Positions 7,428 to 15,279 of a stretch of 26,732 bases of DNA are shown here, in pieces; position 1 is the first letter of the stretch; every line of letters starts with the position of its first letter. Under the pieces are notes generated by a model. The model had not been told where the DNA came from. It saw only the letters and a program-made list of their open reading frames with translations, and searched no databases. The position numbers were made by a program, and so were the translations under genes. This DNA is from Myxococcales bacterium. Its GTDB lineage: Bacteria; Myxococcota_A; UBA9042; JABWCM01; BTVJ01. The stretch covers positions 1 to 26,732 of the forward strand of contig BTVJ01000097.1 in assembly GCA_045863395.1 (NCBI GenBank), read 5' to 3'.

Positions 7428-8243
7428 ATGAAGACCTTCGCTACCATGATGCTGGCCCTGCTCGTGTTCGCCGGCTGCGAGCCGCCCGAGGAGGGCGACC
7501 TCGGCGACCTCGCCACCCTCGAGGGAGAGCTCACCAGCTCCGAGCTGATGAACTTGATCTTGGGCGGCACCTACAAGATCACGCAGAGCTACCAGCCCAA
7601 CAAGGTCCACGCGGGCATCGACATTGGGGGCGTCGTCACGAACGTGACCAAGGTGCGTTCCCCGGTGTCGGGCACCATCACGGCGAACACGAGCGCCTGT
7701 GGCAAGGTGGCGATCTTCGACGGCAAGAACACGTTCATCGCCGCCCACATGAGCAACCGCACCACGCTGCCCGTCGGCAGCGCCGTGAAGATGGGTGACT
7801 ACCTGGGCACGACGGCGAGCGTGGTCGGCGGCGGCTGCTCATCCACAGGCACCCACCTGCACGTGGAGTTCCGCGTGGGCAACAACACCTCGCTTGCCCT
7901 CCCCACCGCGGACAACACGAAGACCACCCTGAACCCGCTGACCTACGCGTACCCGCCGTTCCCGGCGCCGGCGCTCCAGTCGCCGGCCAGCAAGGCGACC
8001 GTCAACGCCAAGCAGGCGACGTTCTCATGGCTGCCCATCCAGGGGGCGACGAGCTACCGGCTCCAGGTGGGCACGCTCACCACCCTCTCCGAGAGCTGCA
8101 CGGGGTGCGCCTACAACGCCGCGGCCTCCACCACGTCTCGGACCATCGCGATCATGCCTGGCAGCTACTACTGGCGCGTCCGTGCTGGCAACTCGGGGCA
8201 GGGCGGCGCCTGGAGCGCGGCGCGGGCCGTCACTGCCTGGTAG
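7428..8243 (+). CDS. M23 family metallopeptidase lipoprotein with a C-terminal fibronectin-III-like domain
   Basis: GGAGGA RBS (alternative GTG start at 7425); lipobox FAG-C; HAGID, AAH, HLHVE and NPL. C-terminal P.LQSP...TFSW....GATSYRLQV...YYWRVRA...WS pattern. Confidence 0.88.
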   Translation: MKTFATMMLALLVFAGCEPPEEGDLGDLATLEGELTSSELMNLILGGTYKITQSYQPNKVHAGIDIGGVVTNVTKVRSPVSGTITANTSACGKVAIFDGKNTFIAAHMSNRTTLPVGSAVKMGDYLGTTASVVGGGCSSTGTHLHVEFRVGNNTSLALPTADNTKTTLNPLTYAYPPFPAPALQSPASKATVNAKQATFSWLPIQGATSYRLQVGTLTTLSESCTGCAYNAAASTTSRTIAIMPGSYYWRVRAGNSGQGGAWSAARAVTAW

Positions 8244-8358
8244 GCCAGGAGGGGGGGACACCGCAATAGCCGAGGCGCGCACCATCATCGACCAGACCAA
8301 CCGCTCGGTCCTCACACCCCACGCGACGGCACCTGCCCCCACTCACGGAGAACATGCC

Positions 8359-10803
8359 ATGAACCTGGACACTCCGCGCCAGCCGGAGCTGCCTGCCTCC
8401 GAGACGGGCGAGCTCCTCCCACCCAAGCCCCACTGCCGGATCTCGACGGGTCGAGGTGAAGCGCCGCCCCCGCTACGCCGCGGCCGGGGCCACCTGAGCC
8501 TCGTCGATCATGCGACTCCCCTGCAGGGCGCCGAGCGCGAGCGGGCCACGGGAGTCTTCACACTCCGACTCGAGGCCACACTGGCCCGCCGGGTAGGCGG
8601 CGCATCCCTCGACGCCGCCGAGGGGCGACCCATCCAGCCTCCGGCCGGGCTCGAGGCGGCGTTCCACACCTGGTGGGGTCTCCTCGACTTCCTCGCCACG
8701 CGAGACGAGCGGCTGCGGTTCCAGCTCCGGCTCACGAAGCCCCGAGGGGTCGGTCGCCCCACCGCAGTGGCGCTCGCCATCCTTGCGGTAGACCCAGACC
8801 CGAGCGCCGTTGCCACGCTGCTCGACGACGCCTGGGGGGACCTGCGCGCGCGGATCCTCGCCATGGCGGAGACCCTGGAGTGGCGCCCAGTGGACGACGT
8901 GAGCGAGGCCGCGGCCCTGCTCGGTCCCTTCCCCTTCGAGTCCGTGGGCGAGCTCTTTCAGCAAGAGGCCAAGGAGCCGCGCACCGGCGCCTACCGCGTG
9001 CAGCCCTTCCGGCTCCGTGCCGACGACCTGTCCCGTGTGCTCGGTGCGCTCGCGTCCCGAGAGGAGGCCACCCTGTTCGCGGCGACCCTGGCGCCGACCG
9101 GGGCGACGACTGCCGAGACGTCCTGTGTCGGCGCTCGGGGCCGTTGCTTCGAGCAACGGGTCCACCTCGCCTCCGACGGCCCCATCCGCGACGACCTGGT
9201 CCACGCCGTCGGGAGCGCCGTGGCCGGGTACGAGGGGCTGATGATCCTGGCCGAGCGAGGGCCCGTCGACGCCCCCGGGCAGCCGCGAGGTGGCTTCTGC
9301 TGGCACGAGGCGCGGGGGCCTGCGATTCCCCTCGCGCTGGCCAACCTGACGGCGGGAGCGATGATCGCCTGGGAACCCAGTCTTGCCCCACCGGAGCTCG
9401 CCCGCGCGCGGCGGCTCGTAGACCCCGTTACCGCGTCGCTGGCCATCCGCCTGCCGGTCCGGTCCATCGACGCCCTGGCCGGCCCCGCTCTGCCCGCACC
9501 GGCGGACCTGCCGGAGACTCATGGTGTGCGGCTCGGGATGACGTCGGTGTGCGGGATCCGCCGGCCGCTGCGCCAGTCCGACGCCGACGCGTCGCTCCAC
9601 ACCTACCTGGTCGGGCGCACAGGGACGGGCAAGAGCACGCTGCTCCTTCGGATCGCCCTCGGGCGCATCGCGGAGGGCCACGGCGTGGCGCTCATCGACC
9701 CCCACGGCGACCTCGCGGACGCACTGCTCGAGCGCATCCCGGCGCACAGGGCCGACGACGTGCTCGTGTTCGACCCGACCGACGTGGAGCGTCCTGTGGG
9801 GCTGAACCTGATGGAGCACGACCCGGCGCGGCCGGAGCAGAAGTCCTTTGTGATCAACGAGGTGCTCGCCATCCTGGACCAGCTCTACGAGATGCGGCTC
9901 GTGGCGGGCCCCATCTTCGAGCAGTACTTCCGGTACGCCTTCCTCGCCATGTTCGGCGACCCCAAGACGACCGTGGACATCACCCTGCTCGAGCGCTTCT
10001 TCGTGGACGGGAGCTTCCGCGACGGCGTGCTCCGGCGTACCCGCGACGGGCGAGCGGCCGCCTTCTGGCGGCAGATCGCGGAGCGGGCGACGGGCGACAC
10101 GGGGCTCGTCAACATGGCGGCCTACGTCAGCTCGAAGCTCACGTCCTTCGTGTCCAACGAGTTCATCACGCCCATCGTGGGCCAGAAACGCAGCTCCTTC
10201 GACCTGCGCGCCTTGATGGACGAGGGCCGGGTCCTCGTGGTGCGGCTTCCCAAGGGTCGCCTTGGCGGGCTGAACACGCGGCTGCTCGGTATGGTGGTGA
10301 TCATGCGGGCGCTGCTCGCCGCCTTGAGCCGCGAGGACCTGCCGGCGGCAGAGCGCCGCCCCTTCCACCTCCTGGCCGACGAGTTCCAGACGCTTGTGAC
10401 GCCGAGCATGGCGGAGCTCCTGGCGGAGGCGCGCAAGTATGGCTTGCGCCTCACCATGGCGAACCAGAACCTGGCGCAGGTGCCAGAGGGTGTGCGGGCC
10501 GCGGTCCTCGGCAACGTGGGGACCGTGGTGGCGTTCGGCCTCGGAGTCTGTGACGCGGACGTGATCGCGCAGACCCTCGGCGACCCGAGCCTGGCACAGG
10601 CGCTCGTCCGCCTGCCGCCCTACCAGGCGGTGGTCCGCCCGACCATCGGGGGGCGTACCCTGGCGCCCTGCCTCGTTCAGACGCCGCCCCTGCCGGACGG
10701 AGCATCTCCGGAGGGGCGCCGCCGCATCGTCGACGCGAGCAGGCGGGCCATCGGACGGCCACGGCAGGCGGTCCTGGCAGAGATCGAGGGGCGCGATGAC
10801 TGA
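8359..10803 (+). CDS. VirD4/TrwB/HerA-like P-loop ATPase (type IV coupling-protein-like) with an uncharacterised N-terminal domain
   Basis: Walker A GRTGTGKS, LIDPHGDL, Walker B HLLADEFQ, EARKYGL...ANQ..AQ and GNVGT. ATG at 8359 follows GGAG; no obvious N-terminal transmembrane helices. Confidence 0.85.
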   Translation: MNLDTPRQPELPASETGELLPPKPHCRISTGRGEAPPPLRRGRGHLSLVDHATPLQGAERERATGVFTLRLEATLARRVGGASLDAAEGRPIQPPAGLEAAFHTWWGLLDFLATRDERLRFQLRLTKPRGVGRPTAVALAILAVDPDPSAVATLLDDAWGDLRARILAMAETLEWRPVDDVSEAAALLGPFPFESVGELFQQEAKEPRTGAYRVQPFRLRADDLSRVLGALASREEATLFAATLAPTGATTAETSCVGARGRCFEQRVHLASDGPIRDDLVHAVGSAVAGYEGLMILAERGPVDAPGQPRGGFCWHEARGPAIPLALANLTAGAMIAWEPSLAPPELARARRLVDPVTASLAIRLPVRSIDALAGPALPAPADLPETHGVRLGMTSVCGIRRPLRQSDADASLHTYLVGRTGTGKSTLLLRIALGRIAEGHGVALIDPHGDLADALLERIPAHRADDVLVFDPTDVERPVGLNLMEHDPARPEQKSFVINEVLAILDQLYEMRLVAGPIFEQYFRYAFLAMFGDPKTTVDITLLERFFVDGSFRDGVLRRTRDGRAAAFWRQIAERATGDTGLVNMAAYVSSKLTSFVSNEFITPIVGQKRSSFDLRALMDEGRVLVVRLPKGRLGGLNTRLLGMVVIMRALLAALSREDLPAAERRPFHLLADEFQTLVTPSMAELLAEARKYGLRLTMANQNLAQVPEGVRAAVLGNVGTVVAFGLGVCDADVIAQTLGDPSLAQALVRLPPYQAVVRPTIGGRTLAPCLVQTPPLPDGASPEGRRRIVDASRRAIGRPRQAVLAEIEGRDD

Positions 10804-10816
10804 GGGGCGGAGTGGG

Positions 10817-10948
10817 TCACCCGGGCGCGCGGGCCAGACGGAAGCCGACGTGACGCTCCCGCCTGGTTCGGGCGAGACCCACGCGCCAGTCTGCGCAGGC
10901 AGCACCGGCGCAGATGCCGCCGGTGTCGGCCTCCTGGCACTCCCTCAT
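10817..10948 (-). pseudogene. 43-codon ORF or remnant encoding only an FGE-sulfatase C-terminal segment
   Basis: GGAGG-N7-ATG; translates to MRECQEADTGGICAGAACADWRVGLARTRRERHVGFRLARAPG*. The R-x12-GFRLA spacing is identical to that in the FGE gene at 55..711. Confidence 0.45.
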
Positions 10949-10993
10949 GGTCCGACCTCCCAGCGCGGACGATCCCCCGGTACGGTCACCCCA

Positions 10994-11653
10994 TCACCGC
11001 CCAACTTGCGCCGCGTCTCTGACGCCCCCCACCACCCCAGCCACCTCGGTGACCAGCCGCGCGATGACCTCGCGCAGCGCCGCGCGGACCGGGGCCAGCT
11101 CCTCGCGCGGGAAGAACTGGCGCATGCGGCCCGACAGGGCGCGGCAGAAGCGGTGGGCGCTCACCTGCACGGCCTCGGACCCCGCGAGCCAGCCGGCGAG
11201 GCGCACCACGTGGACTCTCTCCTCGCCGAGGACGTGGAGCACGGCGCTTCGCCGCTCCCCGTCGAGCAGCGCGGCAAGCGTGTGGAACTGGCAGTGGCCG
11301 GCCAGCTCGTTGAAGAGAAGCGACACGAACCAGTGCTCGGGCTGGCGCACCGTCGGGGCGGGGAGCACCACGTCCGGCAGGGCGTCGAGCCAGGACGCGA
11401 ACAGGGCGACGTGGCGGCCTTCGTCGGCGATCTGGTCCGCGAGCTCTCCCCGAAACTCGACCGGAACCTGCTCCGCGGCTCGCTCCAGGGCGTCTTGCGC
11501 CAGGGCCTCGGCGCGATAGAAGCCGCCAATCAGACTGACCAGATCCGCGGCCCCCAGCGCCCCTCGCGGCACCGACGCCGACTCTCGGGCGGCCAAGTCC
11601 AGCGCCGCGTGCAGCGCCGCGAGCGCCGATGCCGGCAGGCACTCCACGCTCAC
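10994..11653 (-). CDS. Ferritin-like (di-iron four-helix bundle) protein
   Basis: Ligand pattern E...DEGRH...E...EERVH. The GTG start overlaps the pyk stop (GTGA). Confidence 0.7.
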   Translation of the reverse strand: MSVECLPASALAALHAALDLAARESASVPRGALGAADLVSLIGGFYRAEALAQDALERAAEQVPVEFRGELADQIADEGRHVALFASWLDALPDVVLPAPTVRQPEHWFVSLLFNELAGHCQFHTLAALLDGERRSAVLHVLGEERVHVVRLAGWLAGSEAVQVSAHRFCRALSGRMRQFFPREELAPVRAALREVIARLVTEVAGVVGGVRDAAQVGR

Positions 11654-13077
11654 GGCCCGTGCACCCGCTCGACGCGCAGCAGGTTCGTGATGCCGCGGTG
11701 CTCCAGCGGGACCCCCGCGGTGATCACCACGCGGTCGCCGTACCGAACGAGGCCGGCGCGCTGCACCTCCTCGACGGCGAGGGCCACCATGTCGTCCGTG
11801 TCGCGGGCCTCGCGGGTGAGGCGCGGGTAGACCCCGAACGCGAGGGCGAGCTGGTTTCGCACCCGCGGGTCGGGCGTCAGCGCCAGCACGGGCATGGGAG
11901 GGCGGTTGCGCGCGATGCGCCACGCGGAGGACCCGCCGAGGGTGAAGGTCACGATGGCCGCGGCCCCCACCGAGCAGGCGACCTCCACCGCCGCCAGCGA
12001 GATGGCGTCCTGGGTGTTTGCGAGCGGCGTCGGGCGGGTCGCCACCTGCCGCGATTGGAACTCCGGCGCCAGCTCCACCTGCACGGCCACCCGCTGCATC
12101 ATCTGCACGGCCTCCGCAGGCCAGTCTCCGGACGCCGTCTCTGCGGAGAGCATCACGGCGTCGGTGCCGTCGAAGATGGCGTTGGCGACGTCCGACGCCT
12201 CGGCGCGGGTCGGTCGCGGTGAGTGGATCATCGACTCCAGCATCTGGGTCGCGGTGATCACGGGCTTGCCGGCAGCCCGCGTCATGGCGATGAGGCGCTT
12301 CTGGATGACGGGCACCTCTTCCGGGGGCATCTCGACGCCCAGGTCTCCCCGCGCCACCATGACCCCATCGACCACCTCCAGGATCTCACCGAAGCGGGCG
12401 ACGGCGCCGGGCTTCTCGATCTTCGCCACCAGGCGCGCCGTGGACCCCACCCGCGCCATGTGGTCCCGCGCCACCAGCACGTCGTCGCGGGTGCGCACGA
12501 AGCTCACCGCCACCCAGTCCACCTCGATGCTCTCGCCCACCGCGAGGTCGGCGACGTCCTTCTCCGTCAGCGCGGGGATGGACAGGTCCGCCCCAGGGAT
12601 GTTGACCCCCTTGTGGTCGGAGAGCGGCCCTCCCACCTCGACGACCGTGTGTACGTCGCCCCCGCTCACGCGCTCGACCCGCAGGCGCAGGCGCCCGTCG
12701 TCGAGGAGCAGCTCCTGCCCCGGCTTCACGTCGCCGGCCAGATCCTTGTAGGACACGCTGACCCGCCCCTCGTCGCCCACCACCGGGTCTGCGGTGATCA
12801 CGAAGGGCGCGCCCTCCGCCAAGAGCACGCGCCCCGCTCCGAAGCGCCCCACCCGGATCTTGGGCCCCTGCAGGTCCTGGAGGATGGCGACGGTGCGCCC
12901 GAGCCGCTCCGCGACGCGCCGCACGTTTGCGGCCACCGCCCGGTGGTCGTCTGCGGTGCCGTGGCTGAAGTTGAGGCGCACCACGTTGACCCCACCCTCG
13001 ATGAGCCGCTCCAGCACCGCCGGCTCGCGGCTGGCGGGGCCGATGGTCGCCACGATCTTCGTCCGCTTCGAGTACAT
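11650..13077 (-). CDS. pyk: Pyruvate kinase
   Basis: RTKIVATIGPAS, RLNFSHG, DLQGPKIR, AKIEK, MVARGDLGVE, ATQMLESM, PTRAEASDVANAIFDGTDAVMLSAETA. Confidence 0.98.
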   Translation of the reverse strand: MYSKRTKIVATIGPASREPAVLERLIEGGVNVVRLNFSHGTADDHRAVAANVRRVAERLGRTVAILQDLQGPKIRVGRFGAGRVLLAEGAPFVITADPVVGDEGRVSVSYKDLAGDVKPGQELLLDDGRLRLRVERVSGGDVHTVVEVGGPLSDHKGVNIPGADLSIPALTEKDVADLAVGESIEVDWVAVSFVRTRDDVLVARDHMARVGSTARLVAKIEKPGAVARFGEILEVVDGVMVARGDLGVEMPPEEVPVIQKRLIAMTRAAGKPVITATQMLESMIHSPRPTRAEASDVANAIFDGTDAVMLSAETASGDWPAEAVQMMQRVAVQVELAPEFQSRQVATRPTPLANTQDAISLAAVEVACSVGAAAIVTFTLGGSSAWRIARNRPPMPVLALTPDPRVRNQLALAFGVYPRLTREARDTDDMVALAVEEVQRAGLVRYGDRVVITAGVPLEHRGITNLLRVERVHGP

Positions 13078-13146
13078 CTCCGTCCTTCCCTTGGAGGGTT
13101 GCGGCGGGCATCATAGGGCACAACCGACCGCGACGCGAGCAGACCC

Positions 13147-14412
13147 ATGAGACACGCCCCCTGGCTCCTTGTGCTCCTGTTGGCCTGCGCCACCAGCGAG
13201 GGCTCCCCGCAGGCGACGACCGACGGCGGCGCCACCGTCGCTCACGACGCGGCCGACGCAACTGGTGACGCCGGCTCGGGCAGCGACGCCTCGGCCGACG
13301 TCACCGCCGAACCCGCCCCACAGGTCGAGGATCTGCGCCAGGTGGTCCCCTCCGCGGGCCTCCCTCCGGAGGTCGCTCCCGACAACGCCAACAACAACCT
13401 CGACATCGTGCGCCACGAGGGCCGCCTCTATCTGGCCTTCCGTACGGCCCCGACCCACTTCGCCAGCCCCGACGTCAAGCTCCACGTGGTCAGCACCACC
13501 GACGAGCAATCCTGGCGGTGGGAGGGCACCTTCGCCCGCGGCACCGACCTGCGGGAGCCACGCTTCCTGTCGTGGAAGGGCGAGCTGCGCCTCACCTTCG
13601 CCGTGCTCGGCGCGAGCGTCCTCGACTTCGAGCCGCAGGGGGCCATGGTCACGCGACTGATCGCTCCGGGCCAGTGGACCGAGCCCACCTGGTTCGCAGA
13701 CGACACCTTCATCCCGTGGCGCACCAAGGTCATAAAGGGCACCCCTCACATGATCGGATACACGGGCGGGGGTAACATCTACGACGAGGGGGCAGAGCCC
13801 ATCTCCATCCACTGGCTCACCACCGAGGACGGCGACACCTGGACCCCCATGGTCCCCAATCAGCCGGTAGTCCAGACGGGCGGGGGCTCTGAGACCGATC
13901 TGGAGATCCTGGACGACGGCACGGTCATCGCAGTCACCCGCAACGAGGCGGGCGACGAGACCGGCTACGGCTCCAAGATCTGCCGTGCCGAGCCGAATTC
14001 ACCCGGAGACTGGAAGTGCGTCCACGACCCGCGCAAGTTTGACTCCCCCCTGGTCTTTCGCCAGGGCCCGGACGTCTGGCTCATCGCCCGGCGGAACGTC
14101 TCCGAGACCGGCGCATACGATCTCGGTCTCGATGACCTCCCGCCCCAGAAGCGCCACCAGGAGTATCAGCTCGCCTACTGGAAGCTCCCGAAGCGCTGCG
14201 CCCTCTGGCGCGTAGATCCAGTCTCCCTGACCGTCGATCACGTCCTCGATCTCCCCTCACGAGGAGACACCTGCTTCCCAGGGCTCGTCCGAGAGTCAGA
14301 CTCCCGCGTCCTGGTCTACAACTACAGCTCCCCCGTCGACGGAGATGACCTGAGCTGGGTGGACGGGCAGTTCGGCCCCACGATGATCTATCGCCAGATC
14401 ATCGACTTCTGA
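13147..14412 (+). CDS. Hypothetical lipoprotein, probable sialidase/BNR-like beta-propeller
   Basis: Lipobox LLA-C, Asp/Ala-rich linker, Asp-box-like segments (STTDEQSW, TTEDGDTW), DLREP, SETD and GDTCFPG. Confidence 0.7.
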   Translation: MRHAPWLLVLLLACATSEGSPQATTDGGATVAHDAADATGDAGSGSDASADVTAEPAPQVEDLRQVVPSAGLPPEVAPDNANNNLDIVRHEGRLYLAFRTAPTHFASPDVKLHVVSTTDEQSWRWEGTFARGTDLREPRFLSWKGELRLTFAVLGASVLDFEPQGAMVTRLIAPGQWTEPTWFADDTFIPWRTKVIKGTPHMIGYTGGGNIYDEGAEPISIHWLTTEDGDTWTPMVPNQPVVQTGGGSETDLEILDDGTVIAVTRNEAGDETGYGSKICRAEPNSPGDWKCVHDPRKFDSPLVFRQGPDVWLIARRNVSETGAYDLGLDDLPPQKRHQEYQLAYWKLPKRCALWRVDPVSLTVDHVLDLPSRGDTCFPGLVRESDSRVLVYNYSSPVDGDDLSWVDGQFGPTMIYRQIIDF

Positions 14413-14420
14413 AGCCACCG

Positions 14421-15266
14421 TCAAGCAGTCTCAGAGACCTGCGCAGCGCACAGCGCGAGCAGCCGCTCGGTCGCCTCGTAGTCCCGGAACTTGCAGGCCA
14501 CCTCCCGGCGTCCCACCCAGTACCGCCCGGTCAGCCCTCCCACCTCCGGAGACGTGGCGAGCCACAGCGGCGTGTCCGCGCCTTGCTCGGGCGTCTTGCC
14601 GCGCACCTTGGCCCAGCCCGTCATGGCGAGGCCGAGGAGCCCGGACTGATAGCGGAAGAGCTGCGTGTCGACGCTCCCCGGGTGGCACGCGTTGACCGTG
14701 ACGCCCTGGAGTCTCTCGGCCATGCCCCACGACAACATGCGCTCCGCCTGCTTGCTCTGGCGGTAGGCAGTCGTGCCGTTCCACGGGCGAGACTCCAGCT
14801 CCGGGTCGTCCAGGTCGAGGCCGCCAGCGAAGTCCGACGCCACGTTGACGATTCGACCCGCCCCGGAAGCCTCCAGGCGATCAGACAGCAGGGTCATCAG
14901 CAGATAGTAGGCCAGGACGTTGGTAGCCCACGTCCGCTCGATGCCGTCCGCGCTGACCTCACGTGCCTCTGGCCACACCGACGCGTTGTTCACAAGGACG
15001 TCAATCCTCGTGAACCTCTCCCGGAGCCGCTCCACGAACGCCCGCGTCGACACCTGACTCGACAAGTCTACGACCTGAAGCTCGAGCGCGTCGCTCCCCG
15101 TCTCGGCGGCGATCTCCGCGACCGCCCCCTCCCCGCGGACCTCGCTCCGGCACGCCAGCACAACCCGCGCCCCGAGGCGCGCCAGCCCGCGGGCGATCTC
15201 CTTGCCGATGCCGCAGTTTGCGCCGGTCACGACCGCGACACGTCCAGAGAGCAGCGTCCCGAGCAT
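14421..15266 (-). CDS. Short-chain dehydrogenase/reductase (retinol-dehydrogenase-like)
   Basis: TGANCGIG, VLVNNAS, RIVNVAS, YRQSK, HPGSVDT, GADTPLWLA. Confidence 0.93.
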   Translation of the reverse strand: MLGTLLSGRVAVVTGANCGIGKEIARGLARLGARVVLACRSEVRGEGAVAEIAAETGSDALELQVVDLSSQVSTRAFVERLRERFTRIDVLVNNASVWPEAREVSADGIERTWATNVLAYYLLMTLLSDRLEASGAGRIVNVASDFAGGLDLDDPELESRPWNGTTAYRQSKQAERMLSWGMAERLQGVTVNACHPGSVDTQLFRYQSGLLGLAMTGWAKVRGKTPEQGADTPLWLATSPEVGGLTGRYWVGRREVACKFRDYEATERLLALCAAQVSETA

Positions 15267-15279
15267 CTCTCACCGCACC

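Noticed and set aside
8473..10905. 810-aa minus-strand ORF, and 626-aa plus-strand ORF 8673..10553
   Set aside because: Shadow frames of the ATPase gene, typical of high-GC DNA, with no motifs.
1..10950. Complete diversity-generating retroelement
   Set aside because: No reverse transcriptase, Avd or near-identical TR/VR pair is visible; the three FGE tails are too divergent at the DNA level.
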